Below are positions 47,621-56,937 of a stretch of 64,000 nt of DNA, in pieces. The notes beneath the pieces are model-generated. The model saw nothing but the letters and a program-made list of their open reading frames with translations. It was not told where the DNA came from and searched no databases. Numbering within the stretch: the first letter of the stretch is position 1; each line of letters starts with the position of its first letter. The position numbers were made by a program, and so were the translations under genes. This DNA is from a virus (taxonomy: Duplodnaviria > Caudoviricetes), in IMG/VR virus record IMGVR_UViG_3300020050_005398, positions 1 through 64,000 of that record; one strand, written 5' to 3'.

Positions 47621-47775
47621 CTTGTCAATATGTTTTGTTAGCTAGTAATATGATAGCTAGTCTTGTTTGTGCTTGTAGTAAGAAAACAACAAAACAGAAT
47701 AATTTTAGTGTTGTGCTTAAAACTTTATGAAGTTGTGCTAAAGTTCAGTTCTCAAATTAACCAATAGGAGTAAAC

Positions 47776-48150
47776 ATGCAACGTTTGCAGCTTGAAGTAG
47801 GTAAAACTTACGTTAATCGTGCTGGTAGTCTTGTGACAATCATTGCTTACGAATACAACCGTAACTATCAGTTTAAAGGTAATAACTTCAGGACTTACAA
47901 TAGCCTTGGTGAGTATCTTGTTGATGCTGCTGGTCACGAGTTTGATCTTATTGAAGAATACAAACTCCCGGTACAACCTTCAGTACAACCAACAAAACAA
48001 CTGCCAGATATTATTGATCCTGTAATCAACAAAATGTGCTGGGATATGGTTAAAGTAATTGGAAGTAAAGATTGGTTCAACGAACTGAAACCAGCGTTGT
48101 ATGAAGCATTGAAACGCTACCATAAAGAATATTTGGACAAGACAGAATGA
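47776..48150 (+). CDS. Modular hypothetical protein (LEVGKTYV.R.G...DLIEEY module)
   Basis: AGGAG RBS; paralog of 53952..54272. Confidence 0.6.
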   Translation: MQRLQLEVGKTYVNRAGSLVTIIAYEYNRNYQFKGNNFRTYNSLGEYLVDAAGHEFDLIEEYKLPVQPSVQPTKQLPDIIDPVINKMCWDMVKVIGSKDWFNELKPALYEALKRYHKEYLDKTE

Positions 48151-48338
48151 ACCTCGATGACATAACCATAGGTTGTAAAGTGCGTTGCAACATCGTTGAT
48201 TATCCGGTAGATTCACTTGAAGAAAATAAAGTCTATACCGTAGCAGAAATCAACCAAACTTACGCTACAATCAAGCTCAAGGAACTGCAATACTGGTATA
48301 AACCGTTTAGGTTTTCACTTGTAGTTTCTATAAAGTAA
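48147..48338 (+). CDS. Small SH3/KOW-like protein
   Basis: IGCKVRC...L....VYTV. Confidence 0.5.
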   Translation: MNLDDITIGCKVRCNIVDYPVDSLEENKVYTVAEINQTYATIKLKELQYWYKPFRFSLVVSIK

Positions 48339-48362
48339 CTTTTCTTATTTAAGGAGATTTTT

Positions 48363-48539
48363 ATGGCTTATATTCTTGTTCTTTTTGCTCATGTAGGGGT
48401 GATGGGAAGCGGTAATAGCAATTCACTGGCAATGCACCAGTTTTCATCTGAGCAAACTTGCAAAGTAGCTGGGGAAGCTGCAATGAAACTTTCGATGGGT
48501 TCTACGAAAGAAATTACGTTTGTTTGTGTTAAGCAATAA
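48363..48539 (+). CDS. Small exported or membrane protein with two Cys (not in ORF track)
   Basis: AAGGAG RBS; MAYILVLFAHVG...FSSEQTCKVAG...FVCVKQ; resembles 47036..47221. Confidence 0.55.
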   Translation: MAYILVLFAHVGVMGSGNSNSLAMHQFSSEQTCKVAGEAAMKLSMGSTKEITFVCVKQ

Positions 48540-48555
48540 ATCTTAGGAGTAAATT

Positions 48556-49023
48556 ATGATTGAAGTTAAAGTCGGTTGCAGCTATGTCACAAACAGCGGT
48601 AATGTTGTTAAAATCGTATCAGATGATGGCGATACAGCATGCCCTGGGTTTATTACTACAGATGGTTACATTTACAACCAACACGGATACTTGTTTGGGT
48701 ATGAGTATGATGAAGAACCAAGGAGAATTATTAAAGAGGTTGCATTCAATCTTACTCATACCGACATCCAACTCCTGCGTAATACTTTGGTTGAACGCTT
48801 GAACAACCTTGAGTTTCTTATTCAGGATAATAAGGAGTTGAGTCAGACGTACTATAAATCAGCTACTCCAGATTCTGAGTGGGGTATTGAAGCGTTTCAC
48901 GAACTGAATAAGTGCAAAGATTCTATTCGTTACTGCAAGAAGGAACGTAAGCGTATTGCTGAACTGCTGCGTAAACTTAAGAAACAGCAAGCAGAGATTC
49001 TGCGGAATACTGCTAAGGTTTAA
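48556..49023 (+). CDS. Modular hypothetical protein (EVKVG.SYVT.SG + coiled coil)
   Basis: AGGAG RBS. Confidence 0.55.
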   Translation: MIEVKVGCSYVTNSGNVVKIVSDDGDTACPGFITTDGYIYNQHGYLFGYEYDEEPRRIIKEVAFNLTHTDIQLLRNTLVERLNNLEFLIQDNKELSQTYYKSATPDSEWGIEAFHELNKCKDSIRYCKKERKRIAELLRKLKKQQAEILRNTAKV

Positions 49024-49036
49024 CTAGGGAGTTACC

Positions 49037-49219
49037 ATGAATGATTTTTTAGAGTCTATCGTTGCACTTATGGTGGTAAGTTTGATTGCTTTCTTCTTCT
49101 ATACGGTAGGCGGCATTGTTGGGATGGGAAAAGGTCGTGAACAAGTGTTCAACGGTAGTTATGCTTGCATGAAACTTCCAGATAACACAACGTATTGCTA
49201 CAAGGTTGAAGCGAAATGA
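49037..49219 (+). CDS. Small membrane protein
   Basis: One TM helix. Confidence 0.5.
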   Translation: MNDFLESIVALMVVSLIAFFFYTVGGIVGMGKGREQVFNGSYACMKLPDNTTYCYKVEAK

Positions 49220-49485
49220 ATCTATCAGACCCTGACTTTGAATGGAAACGTAGAAAACTGCCGTTGAATGTTTTTGTATTCCCTGAACTAGAGGGTGGTT
49301 TTTGGCATGAAACTACTAAGACCTTTAGATTCAGAGACGGTACGTTTTATACTGGTTTTGATGTACAAGTTCACAATATGGAAGAAGAATACAAACGGGA
49401 GAAACGTAGGCTTGAACTTGAAGAAGCCGGTATCAAGGTTGGAATATCTTTTCTATCAATGGAACCTTTAGGTGGTGGGTTTTAA
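49216..49485 (+). CDS. Hypothetical protein
   Basis: ATGA overlap. Confidence 0.5.
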   Translation: MNLSDPDFEWKRRKLPLNVFVFPELEGGFWHETTKTFRFRDGTFYTGFDVQVHNMEEEYKREKRRLELEEAGIKVGISFLSMEPLGGGF

Positions 49486-49545
49486 GGAGTTATTTCTCGT
49501 CAGGCTACCTAAGTATCAACCTATTGATTTAAATCGCTTGTAGCG
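49484..49545 (-). repeat. Dispersed element, copy 5
   Basis: Core GTTGATACTTAGGTAGCCTGACGAGAAATAACTCC (rc of 49486-49520); flank CGCTACAAGCGATTTAAATC matches copy 1. Confidence 0.85.
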
Positions 49546-49596
49546 AGATACAAGAGACTTCCTGACGTATTCCTGCAAGCATAACTTGGAGTAAGT

Positions 49597-49995
49597 ATGA
49601 AGAATGATAAATTCATAGTTCAAATATTTGGTAATAGCTTTCTAGTAGCTAGTCTTACTACTGCTTGGTGTAACTGCTCAGATACAGACGAGAGTCATTT
49701 CAGCTTCGGTGTATTTGGCATAGAACCAGAGCAATTTTGCTGTGCTGTAGACTCTATTATTGAAGAAAGGTACAACCACAAGACTTACTACGACAGTACG
49801 CACATTGAACTTTCAGCAGGAAGAATCAGTGACAAGATTACGTTCATGCGCGATTGCAACCAATTGAGTATCAACCGTGGTGGTATGCGTGTAATGTACT
49901 ACGGTTCAGTAGAACGGTTGGTTGGTATGACTGAAGCTATCCGCAAGGAATACAAGAAATATATGCAGAAACTTGAGAAAGAACTAAATGCCTGA
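49597..49995 (+). CDS. Hypothetical protein
   Basis: GGAG RBS. Confidence 0.55.
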   Translation: MKNDKFIVQIFGNSFLVASLTTAWCNCSDTDESHFSFGVFGIEPEQFCCAVDSIIEERYNHKTYYDSTHIELSAGRISDKITFMRDCNQLSINRGGMRVMYYGSVERLVGMTEAIRKEYKKYMQKLEKELNA

Positions 49996-50407
49996 TATTA
50001 CATCCCTACATTCTGTGTATATGCAAACAGCCATCCTGCATTCGGAGCTTTCCAAAGCACGTAGAGCAAAGGTGGGTGCTTGTCTAGTTACAGCCACAGG
50101 TACAATCATCCCTGCGTACAATGGTACACCAACAGGTGCTGACAATAATTGCGAAGATGATATTGACGGTATTCTGGTAACTAAACCTGAAGTTATTCAT
50201 GCTGAACTTGGTTGTATATTGAAGTGCGCTAAAGAAGGTATCAACACAACAGGGGCTAGTGTGTATGTATCCTTGTCGCCTTGCTTGCGTTGTTCTGCAA
50301 TGCTAGTTCAAGCAGGTATCAAAAAAGTTTACTACCGCAACGCATACAGGGAGTCAGATGGTGTATCATACCTGAAAGCAAACGGTGTAGAAGTACAGCA
50401 GATTTAA
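49988..50407 (+). CDS. dCMP deaminase
   Basis: R.KVGA.LV, YNG.P.G, HAE, SPC..C. Confidence 0.9.
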   Translation: MPDITSLHSVYMQTAILHSELSKARRAKVGACLVTATGTIIPAYNGTPTGADNNCEDDIDGILVTKPEVIHAELGCILKCAKEGINTTGASVYVSLSPCLRCSAMLVQAGIKKVYYRNAYRESDGVSYLKANGVEVQQI

Positions 50408-50425
50408 CTTTAGAAGGAACATAAA

Positions 50426-51514
50426 ATGACCCGCAAAATGGCAAGTATCCGTGAAATTGAAGAAATTAAAGCTATTGATGGTGCTGATAGTATTGAAGCA
50501 GCACGTATCGGTGGTTGGTATGTTGTAGTTAAGAAATCAGATAACTATAATGTGAATGACAAAGTAATTTACTGCGAGATTGACTCGTGGGTTCCAACTT
50601 CAGTAGCTCCGTTTTTGACTAAACCTGAGCATTTCCCAAAGGAATATAACGGTATTAAAGGTGAGCGTTTGCGTACCGTAAAACTTCGTGGACAGCTTTC
50701 TCAGGGATTGATTCTTCCGTTGTCAATTATGGGTGACGAATACTACAAAGATCGTAGTGAACGTGGATTGAAGAACTGCTGGGTTAAACCTATCGGTGAT
50801 ACGTTCATTGGAGCTACCGATGAAATCGGTGCTGACGTAAGTCAATATCTCGGAATTTCCAAATGGGAGCTACCAGAAGTTAAGCACGCAGATGCTAAGG
50901 GTAACTTTCCGCATTTCTTCCCAAAGACAGATCAAGAACGTATCCAGAATTGTTTCAAGGATGTTAAACGTCAGGATAACCAACTGTACTACGTAGAGGA
51001 GAAAATAGACGGAAGTTCGCACAGTGCATACCTGTACGATGGTGCATTCGGTGTATGCAGTCGTAACCTTGAATTGAAAGATTCGAATAACACATTCTGG
51101 AATAATGCTCGCAACTACAAGCTAGAAGAAATCCTACGTTCTGAAGGTAAGAACTTAGTTATTCAATCAGAGCAGATTGGTACTGGTATTAACGGTAATA
51201 TCTACGGATTGAATGGTTTTGCGTTGGTTACGTTTGATATTTTTGATATTGATAAGCAGAAGTATTACAGCACGGAAGAACGTAATTTGTTCTGCAAGAA
51301 ACACAACCTGACTATTCCTCCTGTTGTTTCTGAAAGTTTTGATGTGCAGAGTGTTGAGCAAGTACAGACTCTGCTAGAATACGCTGACGGTGATACGAAA
51401 GTTCAAGGAAGCAAGAAAACTGCTCGTGAAGGTTTGATCTTCCGTAGCCATTCTGACAAGCGATTCACCTTCAAAGCAATCTCAAATAAATGGTTGCTAA
51501 AACACAACGGTTAA
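50426..51514 (+). CDS. RNA ligase (DRB0094 / Rnl2-like family)
   Basis: N-terminal MAS.R.I..I..I.GAD.IE.A..GG; EEKIDGSS, REGL.F, FKAISN.WLL. Confidence 0.88.
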   Translation: MTRKMASIREIEEIKAIDGADSIEAARIGGWYVVVKKSDNYNVNDKVIYCEIDSWVPTSVAPFLTKPEHFPKEYNGIKGERLRTVKLRGQLSQGLILPLSIMGDEYYKDRSERGLKNCWVKPIGDTFIGATDEIGADVSQYLGISKWELPEVKHADAKGNFPHFFPKTDQERIQNCFKDVKRQDNQLYYVEEKIDGSSHSAYLYDGAFGVCSRNLELKDSNNTFWNNARNYKLEEILRSEGKNLVIQSEQIGTGINGNIYGLNGFALVTFDIFDIDKQKYYSTEERNLFCKKHNLTIPPVVSESFDVQSVEQVQTLLEYADGDTKVQGSKKTAREGLIFRSHSDKRFTFKAISNKWLLKHNG

Positions 51515-51554
51515 CAAGGAAGTAAATCAGAAGATTTACGATAAGGAGTAACGT

Positions 51555-51773
51555 ATGAATCAACCCAAATTCAAACCCGGTCAACAATGGTTGTCACGCG
51601 ATGGTAAACACAAGTTTCACATCATGACTATTAACGATAACTACGTCAATGGTGTTTTTATTCATGGTGATTGTGTTGGTATTAGACTCTGGTTTTATGC
51701 TGATAATGGAAGATTCTGTCACAATATTGAATGTGATTACGACATTGTAACTTTGAGTAAGGATGTAGAATGA
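51555..51773 (+). CDS. Small hypothetical protein (FKPGQQWLSRDG module)
   Basis: AAGGAG RBS. Confidence 0.5.
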   Translation: MNQPKFKPGQQWLSRDGKHKFHIMTINDNYVNGVFIHGDCVGIRLWFYADNGRFCHNIECDYDIVTLSKDVE

Positions 51774-53251
51774 TTTACTTTACTTCGGATATTCACCACA
51801 GACACAAACGTATCTGTGAAATTACAGACCGACATAAAGTTGTAGATCAAGCTCAACATGATGAATGGTTGATTGAACTCTGGAACCGTCAAGTAACAAA
51901 GCAAGATACTGTGTATCATCTTGGAGATTTCAGCTTTGCTTCAAAATATGAAGACGTTGCTGCGTTTACAACAAGGCTCAATGGTGCTATTTTCTTGTTG
52001 AAAGGTAATCACGATAAAACCGACAATTTGAATAAGCTGAAAAGTAACAACCTAATTCAGCACTGGTACGATTACAAGGAAATCCAGATTAGAGGTATCA
52101 CTACCTGTATGTTTCACTTTCCAATTTCAAGTTGGCACAAGCAGCATTACGGTAGTTTCTGCCTTCATGGTCACTGTGTGGACTATGAAACAGAGGTTCT
52201 AACCTCAACAGGTTTCAAAAGTAGGCATAAGTTATCTAAGGAAGATAAAGTTTGTACTTACAACAGTTCCACCAAAGAATACGAATACTCAAAGATAAAC
52301 TCTATTATAGATACAACACACTCTGGTAAGGTTTATTCTTATGACGGAAAATCTGTGAATTTCAGGGTAACAGATAGACATACAATTGTTGGCTTAAATA
52401 TTACATCGGGGGAGTATTTTGAAACAGAAGCATCCAGACTACCTAGTGTCTTTAAAGTTATAACAAGTGCAATTGCTAACAATAAAGGTACAGGTCTGTC
52501 CAGAAGTTTATTGGCTCTATATATTTTAATAGCTGCTGATGGTTCAATTAAAACAACCACTAATCTTGTTAGAATCAGAATTAAAAAGAAGCATAAAATA
52601 GAATACCTAACAAAAATCCTCTGTGATCTTAAATTAAAATATAACACATACAACTCTTGTGGGTATTCATCTTTTAATTTCTATATTCCAGATGAACTGA
52701 AGGGTTTTGAAATCAAGGGGTTAGACATTCATGTTTTAAATGCAAATCAATACGAAGCTGAAACCATTGTAGAAGCATACCGCAATTCTGATGGTGCAAA
52801 ACAAAAGAATGGCGTTATAATTTATACAGCAAAGAAGATAGAATATGACATACTTCAGGCATTATTTGTGCAGAACGGGTATATGGTTACAGGGTATAGT
52901 AGGTTTCATGGTTTTGGGCAGAACATTCAGTACCAACTATCTGTAACTAAAAATTCTACGCAGATTGTTCAAAGTCATAAAGTAGTTGAAGAATATGTAG
53001 AAGATGAAAAATTCTGGTGCCTTACAACAAACAATCAGAACTTTGTTATGAGACGTAACGGTAGAGTACATTTGACAGGTAACAGCCACGGAAATCACTC
53101 AGGTAGTGGTAAGCTACTAGACGTTGGTCTTGACAGCGCATACAATATCCTTGGTGAACACAGACTGTTTACTCAAGATGAAATCTACGAAATTCTTTCA
53201 AATAAGCAGGTTACAATCAACGATTCTCACCGAAAGGAAAAGACCCCATGA
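51770..53251 (+). CDS. Calcineurin-like metallophosphoesterase containing an intein (mature form about 190 aa)
   Basis: TSD.H..H, HLGD, GNHD, HFP, LHGH|SH. Confidence 0.85.
   Translation: MIYFTSDIHHRHKRICEITDRHKVVDQAQHDEWLIELWNRQVTKQDTVYHLGDFSFASKYEDVAAFTTRLNGAIFLLKGNHDKTDNLNKLKSNNLIQHWYDYKEIQIRGITTCMFHFPISSWHKQHYGSFCLHGHCVDYETEVLTSTGFKSRHKLSKEDKVCTYNSSTKEYEYSKINSIIDTTHSGKVYSYDGKSVNFRVTDRHTIVGLNITSGEYFETEASRLPSVFKVITSAIANNKGTGLSRSLLALYILIAADGSIKTTTNLVRIRIKKKHKIEYLTKILCDLKLKYNTYNSCGYSSFNFYIPDELKGFEIKGLDIHVLNANQYEAETIVEAYRNSDGAKQKNGVIIYTAKKIEYDILQALFVQNGYMVTGYSRFHGFGQNIQYQLSVTKNSTQIVQSHKVVEEYVEDEKFWCLTTNNQNFVMRRNGRVHLTGNSHGNHSGSGKLLDVGLDSAYNILGEHRLFTQDEIYEILSNKQVTINDSHRKEKTP
52175..53083 (+). 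mobile_element. Intein with LAGLIDADG-type endonuclease, 303 aa
   Basis: Cys1 (CVDYETEVLT..G), block B T..H, IAADGS and NSDG motifs, C-terminal WCL.T.N.NF..RRNG...TGN followed by Ser+1. Confidence 0.9.
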
Positions 53252-53375
53252 ACTTCCCACGTATTCGCCTAGTATGGCAATCACCGTTGTTCTTCTATAA
53301 TTCAGGATTGTTCCTGAAGATTAACAACAAAAGGTATCGCTTGTTCAACGCAGATTTTATGAAAGGTATGTAACC

Positions 53376-53573
53376 ATGAAAATCAAAATTCAATCTAGTC
53401 TTGGTGTTATTACTTCAGACGAACTTATAAATAATTCCATGCAAGAAGTATGGGATTTAGTTAGAAACGCTGCTTCTGGTGAACTTACTCACATGAGATT
53501 TAAAGTAAAAGATATGTGGACTTACATTCCAAGTAATGTTCTCATCAATTCTGTAATTACAATCATTGAATAA
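53376..53573 (+). CDS. Hypothetical protein
   Basis: 65 aa, operon orientation. Confidence 0.5.
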   Translation: MKIKIQSSLGVITSDELINNSMQEVWDLVRNAASGELTHMRFKVKDMWTYIPSNVLINSVITIIE

Positions 53574-53576
53574 CGC

Positions 53577-53948
53577 ATGCCAACGCTCAACAAAACAGCT
53601 CTCGTAGAACTCGTATCTACTAAATCCAAGGTAGAATCTTCGGTAGGCTATCACAAGTACGAAGTAAAGGAAATCATCGAGCATTTCCTTGAAGTAATCC
53701 GAGATAGTCTTATTGAAGGTACTGACATTGATCTTGAAGGTGTACTCAAGACTACAACCAAGCCTACTAATGCTCGAAGAATTTGGGATGCTAACCAAAG
53801 TAAGTACGTTGAGTATCCTGCTTCGATGAAAACTTCTGTTCAACTGCATGTTTCTCTGAAAAATAAAATAAAGCAGGGACTGAAGGATAGACAGAAGGAA
53901 AATGATGATAGAATCAAGGCTTCGCAACTTAGTTTGGAACGGGAGTAA
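53577..53948 (+). CDS. HU/IHF-like DNA-binding protein
   Basis: LNK..LV..V, I..FL..I...L.EG..I.L.G, R.......YP. Confidence 0.7.
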   Translation: MPTLNKTALVELVSTKSKVESSVGYHKYEVKEIIEHFLEVIRDSLIEGTDIDLEGVLKTTTKPTNARRIWDANQSKYVEYPASMKTSVQLHVSLKNKIKQGLKDRQKENDDRIKASQLSLERE

Positions 53949-53951
53949 TTT

Positions 53952-54272
53952 ATGCAACTTGAAGTAGGTAAAACTTACGTTGATCGTACTGGCTATTTGC
54001 ATAAAATTGTTAGTCGTGATAACTACAGTGACTTTCCCTATACAGATGAAGAAAATAATAACTACACCAGATTTGGTAACTTCTTCTATTCTTTAGTAGA
54101 TGATCTTGACCTTATTGAAGAATATCAACCTTCAGTACAACCAACAAAAGCACTTCCACTAGAGCAAGTCAGAGAGATGTGCTCGGAAGCTAATCGCGGG
54201 TATTGTATTGAGTTTGAGCACTACTTGAAAGCTGTACGTGATACAGAACGCAAACACGGAATTATGGAGTGA
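53952..54272 (+). CDS. Modular hypothetical protein (paralog of 47776..48150 N-terminus)
   Basis: Two 24-nt identical blocks shared with 47776..48150. Confidence 0.6.
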   Translation: MQLEVGKTYVDRTGYLHKIVSRDNYSDFPYTDEENNNYTRFGNFFYSLVDDLDLIEEYQPSVQPTKALPLEQVREMCSEANRGYCIEFEHYLKAVRDTERKHGIME

Positions 54273-54275
54273 AAT

Positions 54276-54473
54276 ATGCCAGCACTAACAATCTTTGAAA
54301 CCTTGGTATTCCTGTGGCTTACCTTTAATACGTTAATCCTTGTTTTGCTGTATTACAAGTACAGGAATATTGAAGGTGAACTTGAAGTTAACGGTTATGA
54401 TGCTTTCTTTGATGAATACGATATTAACGATTATAAAATCCAAGGAGTAACCAAAAGTGAATATAGCCGATGA
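54276..54473 (+). CDS. Small membrane protein
   Basis: N-terminal TM helix. Confidence 0.5.
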   Translation: MPALTIFETLVFLWLTFNTLILVLLYYKYRNIEGELEVNGYDAFFDEYDINDYKIQGVTKSEYSR

Positions 54474-54984
54474 ACTTCCAGAAGAACCAAAGCTATCAAT
54501 CGTAAATAATCTAGGTATTGAAAAGCTACCTAGAATCTACATGCTAGATTTGGAAGAATGCTACTGCGATGAATCCTTGATTACTTCTATTTGTGAATAC
54601 GCGAATCATCTCAGGACTTATACGTACTTAGCTCCCGGATTCTTTTTCTATGGTATTCCGATGAGTCAACTTCAGAAACTCTATGAATATGTTCTGGAAG
54701 TACCAGATCAAATCAAGCAGTACAAAGCAGGTAAAACCATGAAAGAACTACCTGCGTTACACAATCTGATGATTCTGACGTACTTGCTTGCTCGTTCTGA
54801 AGGTGAAGTTGATATTCAGGATGTAGCTCTGAATCAACTAAAATACACATGCTTTGCTGTGCAGTTGTTATACTTGCAATCAATCGGTGAAGCTGTAGCG
54901 CATATCGAGCGGTATACTGTACTGAAGAACGAGAAGTTTCCAGAGTGCTATAAACCGTTTGGTAGTCTCATTAGGTCTGTATAG
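54457..54984 (+). CDS. Hypothetical protein
   Basis: AAGGAG RBS, GTG start. Confidence 0.55.
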   Translation: MNIADELPEEPKLSIVNNLGIEKLPRIYMLDLEECYCDESLITSICEYANHLRTYTYLAPGFFFYGIPMSQLQKLYEYVLEVPDQIKQYKAGKTMKELPALHNLMILTYLLARSEGEVDIQDVALNQLKYTCFAVQLLYLQSIGEAVAHIERYTVLKNEKFPECYKPFGSLIRSV

Positions 54985-54993
54985 GAGAATATC

Positions 54994-55287
54994 ATGGGTA
55001 TTTTTACGGAAGTAAAAGGTGAAGTTAAAATGCTATCTTGCAGCAAGCTTTCAGTAGAAAAAGCTACGAAAGAAGTATTTGATGCTTATGATGGTTGCTA
55101 CTCTTGGTTTAGACAAGAAACACTTTCTGGCATCAGGATTGTTTACGTTGATTTCAGGTTCTGCTTGGACGGACTAGAAGCTAGTAAATGCGTTGATGAG
55201 TACGTTCGTAGCTTAAAAGAAAAGGACAAGTATGTTAGTGTCGATCTTGAAGTAACAACAAGATTTTCGGATAGAACAGATAAGTAG
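54994..55287 (+). CDS. Hypothetical protein
   Basis: AGGAG RBS. Confidence 0.55.
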   Translation: MGIFTEVKGEVKMLSCSKLSVEKATKEVFDAYDGCYSWFRQETLSGIRIVYVDFRFCLDGLEASKCVDEYVRSLKEKDKYVSVDLEVTTRFSDRTDK

Positions 55288-55336
55288 CTAAATTTCTGAT
55301 AGAATACAAACTATCGCAACACAACAGGAGTCTTAA

Positions 55337-55567
55337 ATGGCAGCTTACGTATTTATTGGTGGTGAACACAATACTATCAAGTGTTTTTATATTGGGGACA
55401 AACCTTCTGAAAAATACAAAGGTATTAAACCAAGTATGATCCAAGAGATTCAACTGGATTGTGATGAGCTTGATTATGCTATCAATAACCTTGGTGCAGC
55501 CAATGTTAAAAAGCGTGTAGCTAAATACTACGGCGACGAAGCCTGCCGTATTTTCTTCAACTGGTAA
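55337..55567 (+). CDS. Hypothetical protein
   Basis: AGGAG RBS. Confidence 0.55.
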   Translation: MAAYVFIGGEHNTIKCFYIGDKPSEKYKGIKPSMIQEIQLDCDELDYAINNLGAANVKKRVAKYYGDEACRIFFNW

Positions 55568-55829
55568 CGCAAGTCATACAAATTTCTGATACAATAACCC
55601 CGACTTTACGTTCAATATAACTCTCGCCATCTCAACTTAAAAGGAAACCTAAATGACTACCACAACTACCAACCAAAAGTACACCGTCAAGTTCAACAAC
55701 GGTGCATGGAAACTGTTCAACAACCACACCTTCACAGACGCAGGTATCTACTACCTGAAGCGTGACGCTGATGCTGACTCTAAAGAAATGAACTTGCGGT
55801 TTGATTCCAAGAAATAACCAAGGACTAAA

Positions 55830-56165
55830 ATGCGATTGAAACGATCTGATAAAGTCTATCTGTTTGAAGACGGTAAATTATGCCGTAGTCTTATCGGCAG
55901 CGTAGTCAAGACTCGATACAAAGATGCTCTGGTACAACTTACATATAACGGTGAAGTAATCCAGAAATGGTTTAAACCTTATGGTAGTACCAGACGGTAT
56001 CGAGATCATGGTACTCTTGCTGCTTATCTTGCACCAGCAACCGAGTGGTTTTCTTGGTATACTTGTGTAAGCGAACGAAAATTGAAACGCCAGCTCGGTG
56101 ATAGTTTTAATCACTACGATATGATTGCTTTTAAGAATTCTGTTGCGCACCTTACGAAAGATTAA
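55830..56165 (+). CDS. Hypothetical protein
   Basis: AAGGA RBS. Confidence 0.5.
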   Translation: MRLKRSDKVYLFEDGKLCRSLIGSVVKTRYKDALVQLTYNGEVIQKWFKPYGSTRRYRDHGTLAAYLAPATEWFSWYTCVSERKLKRQLGDSFNHYDMIAFKNSVAHLTKD

Positions 56166-56169
56166 TTTT

Positions 56170-56319
56170 ATGCAAATCTCTACTCTCGAAAAAACCAAAC
56201 GTGAAACCAAGCGTTATACGCATGATGAATACGAAGATCGTAATCAAAGAGAACTACAAGAAAAACAACGCAAGAAAGACCTTGCGAAAAAACGCAAAGT
56301 AAAGCGGGGTGAAGAATGA
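56170..56319 (+). CDS. Small basic protein
   Basis: K/R-rich 49 aa; ATGA overlap with the next gene. Confidence 0.45.
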   Translation: MQISTLEKTKRETKRYTHDEYEDRNQRELQEKQRKKDLAKKRKVKRGEE

Positions 56320-56504
56320 GTATGAATAAAGCGAATAGTGTGAATAAAATCTCAAAGTTCTTCTTGCGTGTAATGCTTTCTGTACTTGCGGTACTCGTTA
56401 GTATTACCTTCATTGCAATGCTTACGGTAATATATGTAGTTACTCTACCGTTCATGCTGTGGTATATGACGGTAGATGCTGTAACGAGTGTATGGCGAAA
56501 CTAA
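56316..56504 (+). CDS. Small membrane protein
   Basis: Long hydrophobic stretch. Confidence 0.5.
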   Translation: MSMNKANSVNKISKFFLRVMLSVLAVLVSITFIAMLTVIYVVTLPFMLWYMTVDAVTSVWRN

Positions 56505-56526
56505 TCACTCAGACGTAAACCTGCTC

Positions 56527-56558
56527 AACCTACCCTAATCCGGTAGGTTTTATCTTTT
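56527..56558 (+). terminator. Rho-independent terminator
   Basis: AACCTACC/GGTAGGTT plus T-tract. Confidence 0.7.
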
Positions 56559-56571
56559 GTAGAACAGAATT

Positions 56572-56937
56572 ATGAAAATCATCTTAGCTTTCTTACTTTG
56601 GTTGTCAACAACAGGGTTTACTCCCGTACAACATACGTTACAACCAGTCAATACCCACCGTATACAATCTGAATACTCCTGCATAGTTCAAATGCTCTAT
56701 CACGAAGCTAGAGGTATGAAGAACAAGGATATTGATGATGTTCTGTCAGTTGCTTACAACAGAACCAATAGCAGTATCTACCCAAGCTCTTACTGCAAAG
56801 TAATCTACCAGAAGAACCAGTATAGTTTTACTCGTAGACCTGTCCAGAAGCCTCTAGGAACGCTTGTACGCGATTTAGTTATATCTTGGATAAGTGGCAA
56901 GAAGAATTGCATGATCTGGAAAGTATTCAAGGATTAA
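56572..56937 (+). CDS. SleB-like cell wall hydrolase, C-terminus apparently missing
   Basis: Signal peptide; C...LYHEARG, V..V..NR, C.VIYQK.Q.SF; no YH/P.W/H.FY tail. Confidence 0.65.
   Translation: MKIILAFLLWLSTTGFTPVQHTLQPVNTHRIQSEYSCIVQMLYHEARGMKNKDIDDVLSVAYNRTNSSIYPSSYCKVIYQKNQYSFTRRPVQKPLGTLVRDLVISWISGKKNCMIWKVFKD

Noticed and set aside
26818-54170. Diversity-generating retroelement TR/VR pairs from the paralogous repeats
   Set aside because: No reverse transcriptase in the window; repeats are short, N-terminal and not adenine-specific in their differences.
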